Source: Bacteroidales bacterium
GTDB lineage: Bacteria > Bacteroidota > Bacteroidia > Bacteroidales > JAAUTT01
Length of the DNA: 62,181 nt
Direction: 5' to 3'
Assembly (NCBI GenBank): GCA_025361285.1
Contig: JANYAP010000017.1
Location: forward strand, 1 to 62,181
Made by a program: the position numbers and the translations under genes. A model generated the notes under the pieces. The model had not been told where the DNA came from. It did not search any database and saw nothing but the letters and a program-made list of their open reading frames with translations. Below are positions 37,488-47,050 of this stretch, in pieces (position 1 is the first letter of the stretch; each line of letters begins with the position of its first letter).

Positions 37488-38324
37488 CTAAATAAGTTCT
37501 TGTAACTTTTCGGCAAAATTCTTCGATACTGGAATAGAAAAATTAACGCTGTCGAAAAATAACTTGTATCCTTGCGAATTGCCTTCAATTCGGTCTATGT
37601 AGGCGATATTGACAATAAAAGATCGGTGACATTTATAAATAAACTTGTATTCATTTAGCAATTCTTCTGCATTAATCATGCTGCACCTAACCATTTGATT
37701 TCTAACTATATCGCCTTCCTTCCAAAATACTTCAATATAGTTGTTTGCCGAGCGAATAAGTAAAAGAAGGCTAACTTTAATAGATAGGCTATCCTTCTGA
37801 TAATCTGAACTAAAGTGAATTATTTTCTCTTGTATCGACCTATTTTCCTTTAGTTTTTTGCTTAATTCGTCGGCCAGCATCAAATTCGACCGCAACATTT
37901 TATTATGGTTAATTATTATTAGAACCGATATAGGAATAATCGATGTAACAATCAGTTTTATAACCATATCGAAGTTAAAAGTAAGAATTCCTAAAAAATT
38001 GCAATAGAACGAAAAGCCCACTAGAATGGTTGACAGTATCCAGAGATTCCAAAAAATCTCCTTTTTAATCTTCCAAACTACCGAATTGAAATACTTGGAG
38101 AAAATACTAGGAATGAATAACAGGTTGAGGCTGAGAGATAAAAAGGTAATAAACCCAAACCCAATTATTAAGTAATATTTTTGCTGAGTTTCGAGCAGAC
38201 TAATGTCGAACGGTTGAAAAAAGAATAGAAACACAATAACGCCAATGCTTATAAAGAAGATAATTTTCGAATTATGCTTAAAATCGTCGTTGAAAGGATA
38301 AGGCCTGTTAAAAAGATTAAGCAT
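37488..38324 (-). CDS. membrane-anchored LytTR-domain DNA-binding protein
   Basis: About 4 TM helices, then the C-terminal LytTR pattern YIEVFWKEGD...MVRCSM...FIYKCHRSFIVNIAYIDRIEGNSQGYKLFF. Confidence 0.8.
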   Translation of the reverse strand: MLNLFNRPYPFNDDFKHNSKIIFFISIGVIVFLFFFQPFDISLLETQQKYYLIIGFGFITFLSLSLNLLFIPSIFSKYFNSVVWKIKKEIFWNLWILSTILVGFSFYCNFLGILTFNFDMVIKLIVTSIIPISVLIIINHNKMLRSNLMLADELSKKLKENRSIQEKIIHFSSDYQKDSLSIKVSLLLLIRSANNYIEVFWKEGDIVRNQMVRCSMINAEELLNEYKFIYKCHRSFIVNIAYIDRIEGNSQGYKLFFDSVNFSIPVSKNFAEKLQELI

Positions 38325-38412
38325 GATAGCGATTTTAGTTACTTAAAGCATAAAATTACACAAAACTTCAACTTTATAGTACATTGAAGCCACAAAACTT
38401 AGAAAATGGTAA

Positions 38413-39294
38413 TTAACAGTAAATTGCTTTCTTTGCTGATAATAGGGTATTTTGGAGTAACGAAACGCGAGTCATTGGACCTACACCGCCAGGCACAGGC
38501 GTAATAAAGCTGCATTTGGGGGCAACCTCGTTGAATTTAACATCGCCAACAAGCTTGAAACCATTTTTAGTTTTATCGGACGTTAAACGAGTGATCCCCA
38601 CATCAATAACAACGGCTCCTTCCTTAACCATTGCAGCGGTAACAAATTCGGGTTTGCCCAAAGCTGCAATAATTATATCGGCTCGTAGGCAAATTTCTTC
38701 GAGGTTTTGGGTGCGGCTATGGCACATTGTAACCGTTGCATCGCCAACATCCGATTTTTGAGCCAGTAAGTTGCTAATAGGCTTACCAACAATATTGCTA
38801 CGACCAATAACTACGCAGTTTTTGCCCGCTGTTTGAATTTTATAACGGCGTAAAAGCTCAATAATTCCGGCTGGAGTTGCCGAAATATACGACGGTAACC
38901 CAATAACCATGCGCCCCATATTTATTGGATGAAACCCATCAACATCTTTTGCCGGATCGATAGTTTCGATAATTTTAGCTTCCGAAATATGCTTAGGAAT
39001 GGGTAGTTGAACAATTAAGCCGTCGATATCGGAATTGGCATTTACCTTTTTAATCTCGGTAATAAGCATTTCCTCGGTAATGGAAGCATCGAAACGAAGT
39101 AACGTTGAGGTAAAGCCAACTTGCTCACAATCTTTAACTTTGTGAGCTACGTACGTTTCGCTTGCGCCGTCGTTACCAACCAATATAGCGGCTAGATGAG
39201 GGATTTTTCCGCCAACTTCTTTTATAAGCTTTACTTCTTTAGCTATTTCTGCCTTAATTTGCTCCGAAATAAGCTTGCCGTCAATTAGTTGCAT
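38413..39294 (-). CDS. folD: bifunctional methylenetetrahydrofolate dehydrogenase / methenyl-THF cyclohydrolase
   Basis: [18 protein letters not shown]...[17 protein letters not shown]...[10 protein letters not shown]-type motif...[11 protein letters not shown]...[11 protein letters not shown]. Confidence 0.93.
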   Translation of the reverse strand: MQLIDGKLISEQIKAEIAKEVKLIKEVGGKIPHLAAILVGNDGASETYVAHKVKDCEQVGFTSTLLRFDASITEEMLITEIKKVNANSDIDGLIVQLPIPKHISEAKIIETIDPAKDVDGFHPINMGRMVIGLPSYISATPAGIIELLRRYKIQTAGKNCVVIGRSNIVGKPISNLLAQKSDVGDATVTMCHSRTQNLEEICLRADIIIAALGKPEFVTAAMVKEGAVVIDVGITRLTSDKTKNGFKLVGDVKFNEVAPKCSFITPVPGGVGPMTRVSLLQNTLLSAKKAIYC

Positions 39295-39325
39295 TTTGTA
39301 TTAGTTTTAATGTGGGTACTATGTG

Positions 39326-39522
39326 TAATTAGTGTCCATCCGAAATGTCTGTTTTTTGATTAGCAATGAGCTTAAGCTCGTTGAAAAATAAAACAAACAA
39401 ATACGGCTTTAGCCTAAATATCAATATATTATTTGGGCTAAAGCCCATCTTTAGATATTCATTTTCCCTGGCATAAATGCCAGAGCTATTTAAAAATCGA
39501 CTTTACGGATGGGCACTAATTA
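39326..39522. repeat. 197-bp element closed by a 17-bp inverted repeat with three nested internal hairpins (MITE or structured ncRNA candidate)
   Basis: TAATTAGTGTCCATCCG (39326-39342) pairs with CGGATGGGCACTAATTA (39506-39522). Internal hairpins: GAGC-UUAA-GCUC (39368-39379); GGCTTTAGCC/GGCTAAAGCC (39405-39414/39436-39445, extendable); CTGGCA-TAAA-TGCCAG (39468-39483). Confidence 0.6.
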
Positions 39523-39828
39523 GCTATTCGGCATTTTGTATTAAAAATTATTTTTTTATAATTTTCTCATAATAAGGTTAATAAAACTAAATTATACAGT
39601 TCTACTAAGGTTAAGATATTGAAAATAAGGTTCTTAAAGCTTAGTAGAAAAAGTTATAACGATAAAACCTACCTTATTACCTTATTTACTTGTTTATCAA
39701 TTTCAATTCCTCTGTTTTTGTCGAAGAACTATACTTTTGTCTTTTGCCTTACGACTTAGTATTTGTAATTAAATAAGTTGTACAAATGGTTGGACTACAA
39801 AACCCTCCAGAAATCAATCCAAAAAAGT

Positions 39829-39947
39829 ATGCTGTCATTCCGACGCAGGTCGGAATCGAGTTTACGAGCTCGCCGAAGGCAATCCCTATTACTTTTTTAT
39901 TTTATGGATTCCTACCTACGTCGGAATGACACTAAATCGCATGACTT
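39829..39947 (-). repeat. Repeat family C (REP/BIME-like), copy 2; flanks inverted relative to copy 1 but core in the same absolute orientation
   Basis: GTATGC-TGTCATTCCGACGCAGGTCGGAA-TCGAGTTTACGAGCTCGCCGAAGGCAATCC...-TTCCTACCTACGTCGGAATGACAC-TAAATCGCATGACTT. Confidence 0.85.
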
Positions 39948-39992
39948 ATTTTTATTACAACGACTTACGACTTTTGTCTTACGACAAATTTC

Positions 39993-41324
39993 TTACCTCT
40001 TCTGTCCCATATTCTGCATCATACGCGACATATTTTTGCCGGTACTCATCATTTTCATCATTTTACGGGTATCCTCGAATTGCTTAACAAGCTTGTTAAC
40101 TTCCTGAATATTAGTTCCCGATCCATCGGCAATACGTTTGCGACGATTTCCGTTAAGTATCGATGGTTCGTTACGTTCGGCAGGTGTCATGGAACGGATA
40201 ATTGCCTCGATGCTTTTAAATGCATCGTCTTTAATGTCAACATCGCGTATAGCCTTCCCAATGCCAGGTATCATGCTGGCGAGATCCTTGATATTACCCA
40301 TTTTCTTAATTTGTTGAATTTGATTAAGAAAATCGTCGAAATTAAATTGATCTTTGGCAATTCGTTTCTGGAGTTTTCGTGCTTCCTCGGTATCGAACTG
40401 TTCCTGAGCCCTTTCCACAAGGGTTACAATGTCGCCCATATTTAGAATACGGTCGGCCATGCGTTCGGGGTAGAAAACATCGAGTGCATCGAGCTTTTCG
40501 CCTGTACTCACAAACTTAATAGGCTTATTTACAACCGAGCGAATGGATAGTGCGGCACCACCACGGGTATCGCCGTCGAGCTTTGTAAGAACTACGCCAT
40601 CAAAGTCGAGCCTGTCGTTAAATTCTTTTGCGGTATTTACAGCGTCCTGTCCAGTCATAGAATCGACTACGAACAAAATTTCCTGAGGTTTAACAGCATC
40701 CTTAATGCGCGAAATCTCGTTCATCATCTCGGTATCGACAGCTAAGCGACCAGCTGTATCGATTATAACTGTGTTATAACCACGTAATTTGGCGTAATTA
40801 ATTGCTTCTTTGGCAATTTTTACTGGGTCTAAATTACCCTCCTCGGTGTAAACTGGCACATCTATTTGATTACCAAGCACTTTTAATTGCTCTATAGCTG
40901 CTGGCCGATAAATGTCGCAAGCCGTAAGAAGAACACTTTTCCCCTTTTTTGTTTTCAGGTAACTGGCCAATTTACCCGAAAAAGTTGTTTTACCCGAACC
41001 CTGCAAACCAGCTATTAATATAACAACTGGCGAGCCTTTAAGGTTAATTTCCTGCGATTGCCCACCCATAAGCTCGGTAAGCTCATCGTGAACAATTTTT
41101 ACCATCATTTCGCCTGGCCGTATTGCATTCAACACATTCATTCCCAGCGCTTTTTGCTTAACATTATCGGTAAATGTTTTAGCAATCTTAAAATTTACGT
41201 CGGCATCGAGCAATGCCTTGCGAACGTCCTTTAACGTCTCGGCAACGTTAATTTCAGTTATTTTACCCTGACCTTTTAATATTTTAAAAGCCCTGTCTAA
41301 CTTATCACTTAAATTTTCGAACAT
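39993..41324 (-). CDS. ffh: signal recognition particle protein
   Basis: MFENLSDKLDRAFKILKG..., GLQGSGKTT, DTAGR, TKLDGD, and the Met-rich M-domain tail. Confidence 0.95.
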   Translation of the reverse strand: MFENLSDKLDRAFKILKGQGKITEINVAETLKDVRKALLDADVNFKIAKTFTDNVKQKALGMNVLNAIRPGEMMVKIVHDELTELMGGQSQEINLKGSPVVILIAGLQGSGKTTFSGKLASYLKTKKGKSVLLTACDIYRPAAIEQLKVLGNQIDVPVYTEEGNLDPVKIAKEAINYAKLRGYNTVIIDTAGRLAVDTEMMNEISRIKDAVKPQEILFVVDSMTGQDAVNTAKEFNDRLDFDGVVLTKLDGDTRGGAALSIRSVVNKPIKFVSTGEKLDALDVFYPERMADRILNMGDIVTLVERAQEQFDTEEARKLQKRIAKDQFNFDDFLNQIQQIKKMGNIKDLASMIPGIGKAIRDVDIKDDAFKSIEAIIRSMTPAERNEPSILNGNRRKRIADGSGTNIQEVNKLVKQFEDTRKMMKMMSTGKNMSRMMQNMGQKR

Positions 41325-41380
41325 ATTCGATATTTAATTTAAAATAATTTTGTCAACTTTAATTTTTCCAGACTTATAAT

Positions 41381-43174
41381 TTACATTCTTTCAGGCACTT
41401 CAACGCCAAGCAAATCCATAGCCGATTGAATAACTTTGCCAGTTATTTGCGACAACGCCAAGCGAAAGTTGCGAATTATTATGTTTTCCTCCTTTAAAAT
41501 AGAGAATTCGTGATAAAACTGGTTGTACTCTTTGGCAACCTCGTAAACATAATTAGCAATTAACGCAGGGCTAAGCATACTGCCTGCATCGCGAACTATT
41601 GCTGGATATTTATAAAGAAGTTTAATAAGCTGTTTTTCCTTTTCGCCTATAATAATCTGGGTATCAATTGAATGAGGAATAACAATTCCCATTTCGGAAG
41701 CTTTACGAATAATCGATTGAATACGAGTATATGTGTATTGTATAAAAGGACCAGTATTGCCATTAAAATCAATCGACTCCTTAGGGTCGAAGGTCATATT
41801 TTTCTTCGGATCGACCTTCAAAATAAAATATTTTAAAGCGCCTAAGCCAATAATTCGATAAATGTTTTCGGCTTGTTGCGCAGTATAACCGTCGAGTTTT
41901 CCGAGTTCGTCGGCCATAGCTTGGGCTGTATCGATCATTTCGGTAACCAAGTCGTCGGCATCAACAACAGTTCCTTCGCGGCTTTTCATTTTCCCGCTAG
42001 GCAATTCCACCATTCCGTACGACATGTGTTTTAGTTGCGATGCCCACGAATAGCCTAATTTTTGAAGTACTAGCGATAGAACCTTAAAATGATAATCTTG
42101 CTCGTTACCAACTACATATATCATTTCATCGACATGATATTCGTTGAATCGCTGGCATGCAGTGCCTAAATCCTGAGTCATATAAACCGAAGTACCATCG
42201 GAGCGAAGAAGTAACTTTTCGTCGAAGCCTTCGTTTGTTAAATCGGCCCACACCGAATTGTCGGGCTTCTGGTATAATATGTTGTCTTTAAGTCCCTTAT
42301 TAACAATATCTTTACCGTGCAAATAGGTTTGCGATTCGTAATAAACACGATCGAATGTAACGCCCATTTTCTGGTAAGTTTCGTCGAAACCTTTGTAAAC
42401 CCAGCTGTTCATAGTCTCCCAAAGGGTAACTGTGTCATTATCTTTAGCTTCCCATTTACGAAGCATTTCCTGCGCTTGCTTAATAAGAGGAGCTTGCTTT
42501 TCAGCTTCCTCCTGCGTTAAGCCTTTATCAATAAAGTGTTTAATCTCTTTTTTGTATTCAGCATCGAACTTTACATAATAATCGCCTACCAGATGATCGC
42601 CTTTTTTTCCGGTAGTAATGGGAGTAGCTCCGTTGCCCCACTTTTTCCAAGCAAGCATCGATTTGCAAATGTGTATTCCTCTGTCGTTTACAAGGTTAAC
42701 CATTATAACATTGTGTCCATTCGCTTTAAGTATTTTCGAAACCGAAAAACCGAGCAAATTGTTGCGAACATGACCCAAATGAAGAGGTTTATTGGTGTTT
42801 GGCGATGAATATTCCACCATAACCGAATGCCCAGTTGAGTTAGGCATTGCATACCCATAATTAGCGTTCGGAATTATTTCGTTCAAAAACGATAGCCAAT
42901 AGTTACGATTAATAGTAAGGTTAAGAAACCCTTTTACAATGCTAAAACCCTCAATTTCAGGAAGTTGAATTTTAAGAAACTCGCCAATTTCTTGCCCAGT
43001 TTGTTCGGGCGATTTTTTCGAAATTTTAAGAAAAGGGAATATAACCACGGTAATGTCGCCCGAAAATTCCTTACGGGTTTCCTGCAGCTGCACTTGGTTG
43101 TCGGCAACATCGGCGGAATATAACGCAAGTGCGGCATCTTTAACGCCTTTACTTATAGAGCTCTCAATTGTCAT
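41381..43174 (-). CDS. argS: arginine--tRNA ligase
   Basis: SSPNTNKPLHLGH (HIGH region), SREGTV (KMSKS-equivalent region), and a C-terminal DALR anticodon-binding domain. 597 aa. Confidence 0.92.
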   Translation of the reverse strand: MTIESSISKGVKDAALALYSADVADNQVQLQETRKEFSGDITVVIFPFLKISKKSPEQTGQEIGEFLKIQLPEIEGFSIVKGFLNLTINRNYWLSFLNEIIPNANYGYAMPNSTGHSVMVEYSSPNTNKPLHLGHVRNNLLGFSVSKILKANGHNVIMVNLVNDRGIHICKSMLAWKKWGNGATPITTGKKGDHLVGDYYVKFDAEYKKEIKHFIDKGLTQEEAEKQAPLIKQAQEMLRKWEAKDNDTVTLWETMNSWVYKGFDETYQKMGVTFDRVYYESQTYLHGKDIVNKGLKDNILYQKPDNSVWADLTNEGFDEKLLLRSDGTSVYMTQDLGTACQRFNEYHVDEMIYVVGNEQDYHFKVLSLVLQKLGYSWASQLKHMSYGMVELPSGKMKSREGTVVDADDLVTEMIDTAQAMADELGKLDGYTAQQAENIYRIIGLGALKYFILKVDPKKNMTFDPKESIDFNGNTGPFIQYTYTRIQSIIRKASEMGIVIPHSIDTQIIIGEKEKQLIKLLYKYPAIVRDAGSMLSPALIANYVYEVAKEYNQFYHEFSILKEENIIIRNFRLALSQITGKVIQSAMDLLGVEVPERM

Positions 43175-43246
43175 GTTATGTATTGAAATTGAAACGCAAA
43201 GATAATATTTGCGACTTTTGTTTGGGGTGTGATGCGAAAAAAAAGC

Positions 43247-43276
43247 AAAAAAAAAGTGTCATCTCACGACGACACT
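43247..43276 (-). terminator. rho-independent terminator of the cobalamin-uptake operon
   Basis: The minus strand reads AGUGUC-GUCGUGAGAU-GACACU followed by a run of 9 U (plus-strand A-run 43247-43255). It sits 170 nt after the ABC ATPase stop. Confidence 0.6.
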
Positions 43277-43448
43277 TCTAACACAAAAACTAACTACTAC
43301 TACTAAAACTAAACTACTACTATATTTTATAAAACTACGTTTTATCTATTTTATTGTTGATGCTAAAACTAAATTTCTATTTTCAGTATTATGATTATAA
43401 TAAAACAAATACCGTGCCACAATTTGATTTTTGAAAATTATTTTGAAA

Positions 43449-44447
43449 TTATTTTATATGCCTAGTTAAATCATATATAGAACTAAAGGTAAGTATTTGG
43501 TTATTAATTATTAACTGCCATAATACAGCATTTTTTTTCTCTAAAATATTAACTTCTATTAAATAATCGGAATTTTCAGTTTCTGTATCGAACCCTAGGC
43601 GTTCCAATGCGCGCTTGGTCCATATAAATGCATTACCTTTGCCAGTAAGCTTGCAGCTTCCAACGGTTTTACGGCGTATACCAAAATCGCCTTTTTTGGG
43701 GTCGAATTTTAAACGGGTTTGTTTGAAGATATCGGATATTTGATGCTGTAAAACAAGGTCTTCGGGCGAACCTTCAATAAATTTATCGGGCATTATAAGC
43801 CATAATCGGTCGGCTTCCTTCATGGCAATAGTTAAATCGTGCGACGAAAACAAAATTGTTTTGCCTTTTTTGCGAGTTAGCTCGCTTAGAAGATGTACTA
43901 CCTCGAATTTATTGGGTAAATCGAGAAATGCAGTAGGTTCGTCGAGCACAATAATATCGGTGTCTTGAGCCAAAGTGCGCGCAATCATTACCCGTTGACG
44001 TTCGCCATCGCTTATCTGATTTATATTTCGCGAGGCTAATGCCGAAAGCCCCACCATATCAATAGCTTCATCGATAATAAGCTCATCGGCAGCACTATTT
44101 TTTCCGAACCAATTGGTATATGGCGAACGACCGAATGCAACCAAATTGCGAACAGTACAATGATTTAGCTTTACAATTTCGGTAGATACAAAACTGATTT
44201 TTTGAGCAAAAACAGAGCGTTTATAAAGCGATATATTTTTATTGTGTATAAGTATTTCACCACTAATAGGTTGCTGTAGTCGGGCTATTGTGCGCAACAA
44301 TGTACTCTTACCAATACCATTCTGACCAATAATACCAATTAATTCACCTGGCATAACGCTGGTATTTAGGCTACTAATAACGTTTCGCTTTTCAGTACCA
44401 TCCTTAAAGCCTACCGAAAGATCGTTGATTTGAATAATCGGTATCAT
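43449..44447 (-). CDS. ABC ATP-binding protein of iron-siderophore/cobalamin (FecE/BtuD-like) type with about 75-aa C-terminal extension
   Basis: GQNGIGKST Walker A, ISDGERQR signature, IIVLDEPTAFLD Walker B. 4-nt overlap with the permease gene. Confidence 0.88.
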   Translation of the reverse strand: MIPIIQINDLSVGFKDGTEKRNVISSLNTSVMPGELIGIIGQNGIGKSTLLRTIARLQQPISGEILIHNKNISLYKRSVFAQKISFVSTEIVKLNHCTVRNLVAFGRSPYTNWFGKNSAADELIIDEAIDMVGLSALASRNINQISDGERQRVMIARTLAQDTDIIVLDEPTAFLDLPNKFEVVHLLSELTRKKGKTILFSSHDLTIAMKEADRLWLIMPDKFIEGSPEDLVLQHQISDIFKQTRLKFDPKKGDFGIRRKTVGSCKLTGKGNAFIWTKRALERLGFDTETENSDYLIEVNILEKKNAVLWQLIINNQILTFSSIYDLTRHIK

Positions 44448-45475
44448 ATAGAACTGATTCGTTGATTTTTGAATATTATCCAGATAACCACTGGGATACC
44501 AAGCAATGAAGTAATGGTGTTAATTGGTAATATAACACCGTTCCCTGGCAGTTGCGAAATTAAATCGCTAATAAGTAAAACCAACGATCCAACTAATATG
44601 CAGGCTATCATTAGTACCTTCTGATCGCTGGTTTTAAATAACATACGACATACGTGAGGCACGGCTGTACCTATAAATCCAATTGGGCCACAAAAAGCGG
44701 TAATGCTGCCTGCTAATATGCTTGTACTCAGAAATATAATAAACCTAGAGAGTTGTACATTTAAACCCATGCTTCTAGCGTAATTTTCGCCTAAAAGCAT
44801 TAAATTAAGCATTTTAATGGTTAGTAACCCAATTATTAGGCCTATAAGTACTGAGGGTATTAATACCGCCAAATGCGATCCGTTAACGTTGCTTAAACTA
44901 CCCATCGACCATATTACGAACGACTTAAGTTGCACTTCGTTGCTAAAGTATTGAAGTACACTTATTATTGCAGTGCATACGCTGCCGAACATTATGCCTA
45001 GAATTAAAATTGTCATTACATCGTTCACTCTTAGCGATATAAGAAAAATGCACAACAATACGAACCCAGCTCCGAACCAAGCAGCCATTACTATTAGCCA
45101 ATTTGCAAAAAACCCGCCAGTTTGAATGCCAAAAAAAGTTGAAAACCCTAATAAAACGACGGCAACTCCCAAGCTTGCACCAGCACTTATGCCTAAAATA
45201 TACGGACCAGCTAGCGGATTACGGAACATGGTTTGCATTTGTAAACCACTAACGCTGAGCGCAGCACCAGCCAAAATTGCAGTTATTGCTTTTGGCAACC
45301 GAAAATTTAGAATAATTAAATTCCATTCGTCCTTGCCAGTATCGCGAAAAGTTAAAGCTTGTACAATGTTTTTGAAAGGTATATGAACGGATCCGAAAAA
45401 TATATCGGCCACGAAAAAAACGATTACCAGAACCGTTAAAATTGAGAACAAAAGAAAGTACCTATTCGAGCGCAA
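44444..45475 (-). CDS. FecCD/BtuC-family ABC permease
   Basis: 343 aa with about 9-10 TM helices and typical FecCD motifs (NPLAGPYILGISAGASLG; GPIGFIGTAVPH). Confidence 0.9.
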   Translation of the reverse strand: MRSNRYFLLFSILTVLVIVFFVADIFFGSVHIPFKNIVQALTFRDTGKDEWNLIILNFRLPKAITAILAGAALSVSGLQMQTMFRNPLAGPYILGISAGASLGVAVVLLGFSTFFGIQTGGFFANWLIVMAAWFGAGFVLLCIFLISLRVNDVMTILILGIMFGSVCTAIISVLQYFSNEVQLKSFVIWSMGSLSNVNGSHLAVLIPSVLIGLIIGLLTIKMLNLMLLGENYARSMGLNVQLSRFIIFLSTSILAGSITAFCGPIGFIGTAVPHVCRMLFKTSDQKVLMIACILVGSLVLLISDLISQLPGNGVILPINTITSLLGIPVVIWIIFKNQRISSI

Positions 45476-45510
45476 AATATTGAAAGTAAATGTTTTAAAG
45501 TAAGGTTATT

Positions 45511-45543
45511 AAATGTGAAACCTTTTTAAAAGGTTTCACATTT
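45511..45543. terminator. perfect 15-bp palindromic hairpin inside the operon
   Basis: AAATGTGAAACCTTT-TTA-AAAGGTTTCACATTT, between the 89-aa ORF and the permease gene. Confidence 0.4.
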
Positions 45544-45554
45544 TACGCTAATAA

Positions 45555-45824
45555 TTAACCAATATTATCCATTATCGAAACCATTGTATGTAATTCTTTT
45601 ACAATGCCTTGAAAGTGCAGCCGGTTTTTTTTGTAATTATGCTTATCTATTGGGTTATTAATCTTGTTTATCAACTTATTACACATTTGTACTAAGTTTT
45701 GCATTGCTTGATTTGTATTGTCGTGCTTTTTCTCGGGATGAAATAGTTTAAATGCGTAACACTCAGCAACTAAATCGAAAGTAAGTGTATTGATGCTTTT
45801 CTTTAATAATCTTCTGCTTGCCAT
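45555..45824 (-). CDS. small hypothetical helical protein (89 aa)
   Basis: ORF embedded in the transporter operon. No signal peptide and no recognised family. Confidence 0.4.
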   Translation of the reverse strand: MASRRLLKKSINTLTFDLVAECYAFKLFHPEKKHDNTNQAMQNLVQMCNKLINKINNPIDKHNYKKNRLHFQGIVKELHTMVSIMDNIG

Positions 45825-45907
45825 AGCTTTTATTTTTTAGGTTAATTAATTCAATGTTGTGAATGCCTGAAGGGCTTAACTCACATACATTGATTTATGA
45901 TCTAAAA

Positions 45908-47050
45908 TTACTCTAACTTTTTGTAATATACCAGCGAATGATAAGGTAAAAGTTCGGGATGGAAAATTTTTATTAAATCCTCAAGAATAACATCGGGTTT
46001 TACAATTCCCGATTCCCAAAAATCGTTTCCACCAGCACTGTTAATCAATGCATTGCTATTAAAAAGGTTTTTTTGTTTAAATGCATAAATGCTTCCCAAA
46101 CGGGCATCTTCGGCCAGAATACCTTTAAGTGAATTGGACGATCCTGTGTTTATCCAAATATGGGCACTTCCGGCACGTTCAATAACTTTTTCGAAGTTCA
46201 ATGGAAGGCTCTCGCGCTGTTTATTGTCGTTCCATAAATAGTTAGCTCCTGCATCACGTATCATTTGTGCAGCATACGAATTGCCTCCCGGAACATACCA
46301 AACGCCCTTCCAAGGCAAGCTGCAAAGCACTTTTGGTCTTTCAAAAACGCTATCGCACATTTGCTTTAACGCTAAATATTTATGTTCAACGTTAGTAAAT
46401 TCGGCATTTGCCTCGTTCGAAAGTTCGTAAAAAGCAGCTAAAAACTTAATCCACTCCAACTTACCTAATGGATTCGATTCGAGATATTCGCCATTTAACA
46501 CAACATTTATGCCCAAATCCTCAAGCTTTTTATATTGGCTGGCTGTTTCCGATAATACCCCATAAGCCAATACTATATCGGGCTTTAAACTTACAATTAC
46601 TTCGTAATTAAGGGCTTGATCGTATCCTACATCCAAAACTTTTCCATCGGAAATAAGTTTTCTAGCATCGAGGTTTGTAACATATTGAGGCCCTGCAACA
46701 CCAACCATTGTATTTAGCCGATTTATAAACGCCAAAAAAGCTACATGAGTGGTTGATAAACAAACTATTCGTTTAATAGGAATATTAATGAGTGGGTATT
46801 TTTTAAGAGAATCGGGTATTGAAGTACCTTTTGTGCACAAAACATACTTATACACCACATTTTGTGCGCCTTCCCATGGATCAAAAACGCTTAATACCTT
46901 AATGTTACCAATATTGTTTATTGAAAAGCCTTTAGCGTATTTTATTGTATCGAACGATGAATTGTTAGTATTTGAAGTCGATTTATAATTTACTGAATTG
47001 CAGCTTACTAAAACCGATGCTACGATAAATAGCATTAAAAATTTTATCAT
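45908..47050 (-). CDS. periplasmic-binding-protein (BtuF/FhuD-like, cluster A) ABC substrate-binding lipoprotein
   Basis: Lipobox LVSC-NS. RIVCLSTTHVAFL...KPDIVLAYG pattern. 4-nt overlap with the upstream protease gene. Confidence 0.8.
   Translation of the reverse strand: MIKFLMLFIVASVLVSCNSVNYKSTSNTNNSSFDTIKYAKGFSINNIGNIKVLSVFDPWEGAQNVVYKYVLCTKGTSIPDSLKKYPLINIPIKRIVCLSTTHVAFLAFINRLNTMVGVAGPQYVTNLDARKLISDGKVLDVGYDQALNYEVIVSLKPDIVLAYGVLSETASQYKKLEDLGINVVLNGEYLESNPLGKLEWIKFLAAFYELSNEANAEFTNVEHKYLALKQMCDSVFERPKVLCSLPWKGVWYVPGGNSYAAQMIRDAGANYLWNDNKQRESLPLNFEKVIERAGSAHIWINTGSSNSLKGILAEDARLGSIYAFKQKNLFNSNALINSAGGNDFWESGIVKPDVILEDLIKIFHPELLPYHSLVYYKKLE

Noticed and set aside
36046-38324. Family-A repeat as a binding array for the nearby LytTR regulator
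   Set aside because: ACGTTGAAA and ACAAGTTAC only loosely resemble the LytTR 9-mer consensus as I remember it. The spacing does not match the usual 12-13 bp direct-repeat layout. I kept it only as an experiment suggestion, not as a claim.
39295-39992. SRP (4.5S) RNA, tmRNA or tRNA in the 700-bp gene-free gap next to ffh, and in the other long spacers (7397-7836, 15552-16057, 43175-43448, 59814-60336)
   Set aside because: I found no SRP domain-IV motif (GGAAGCAGC-type), no T-loop GGTTCGAATCC-type sequence and no cloverleaf-like arrangement. The gaps are explained by repeats and AT-rich promoter DNA.
39778-40107. 109-aa plus-strand ORF (MYKWLDYKTLQ...SFRRRSESSLRARRRQS...)
   Set aside because: It reads through family-C repeat copy 2 and then runs antisense into the 3' end of ffh. 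It is an artefact of the repeat.
43280-43330. ACTACTACT-rich low-complexity tract upstream of argS
   Set aside because: It is a short simple-sequence run in a promoter or terminator spacer, with no second copy and no pairing partner. Nothing beyond low complexity could be supported.
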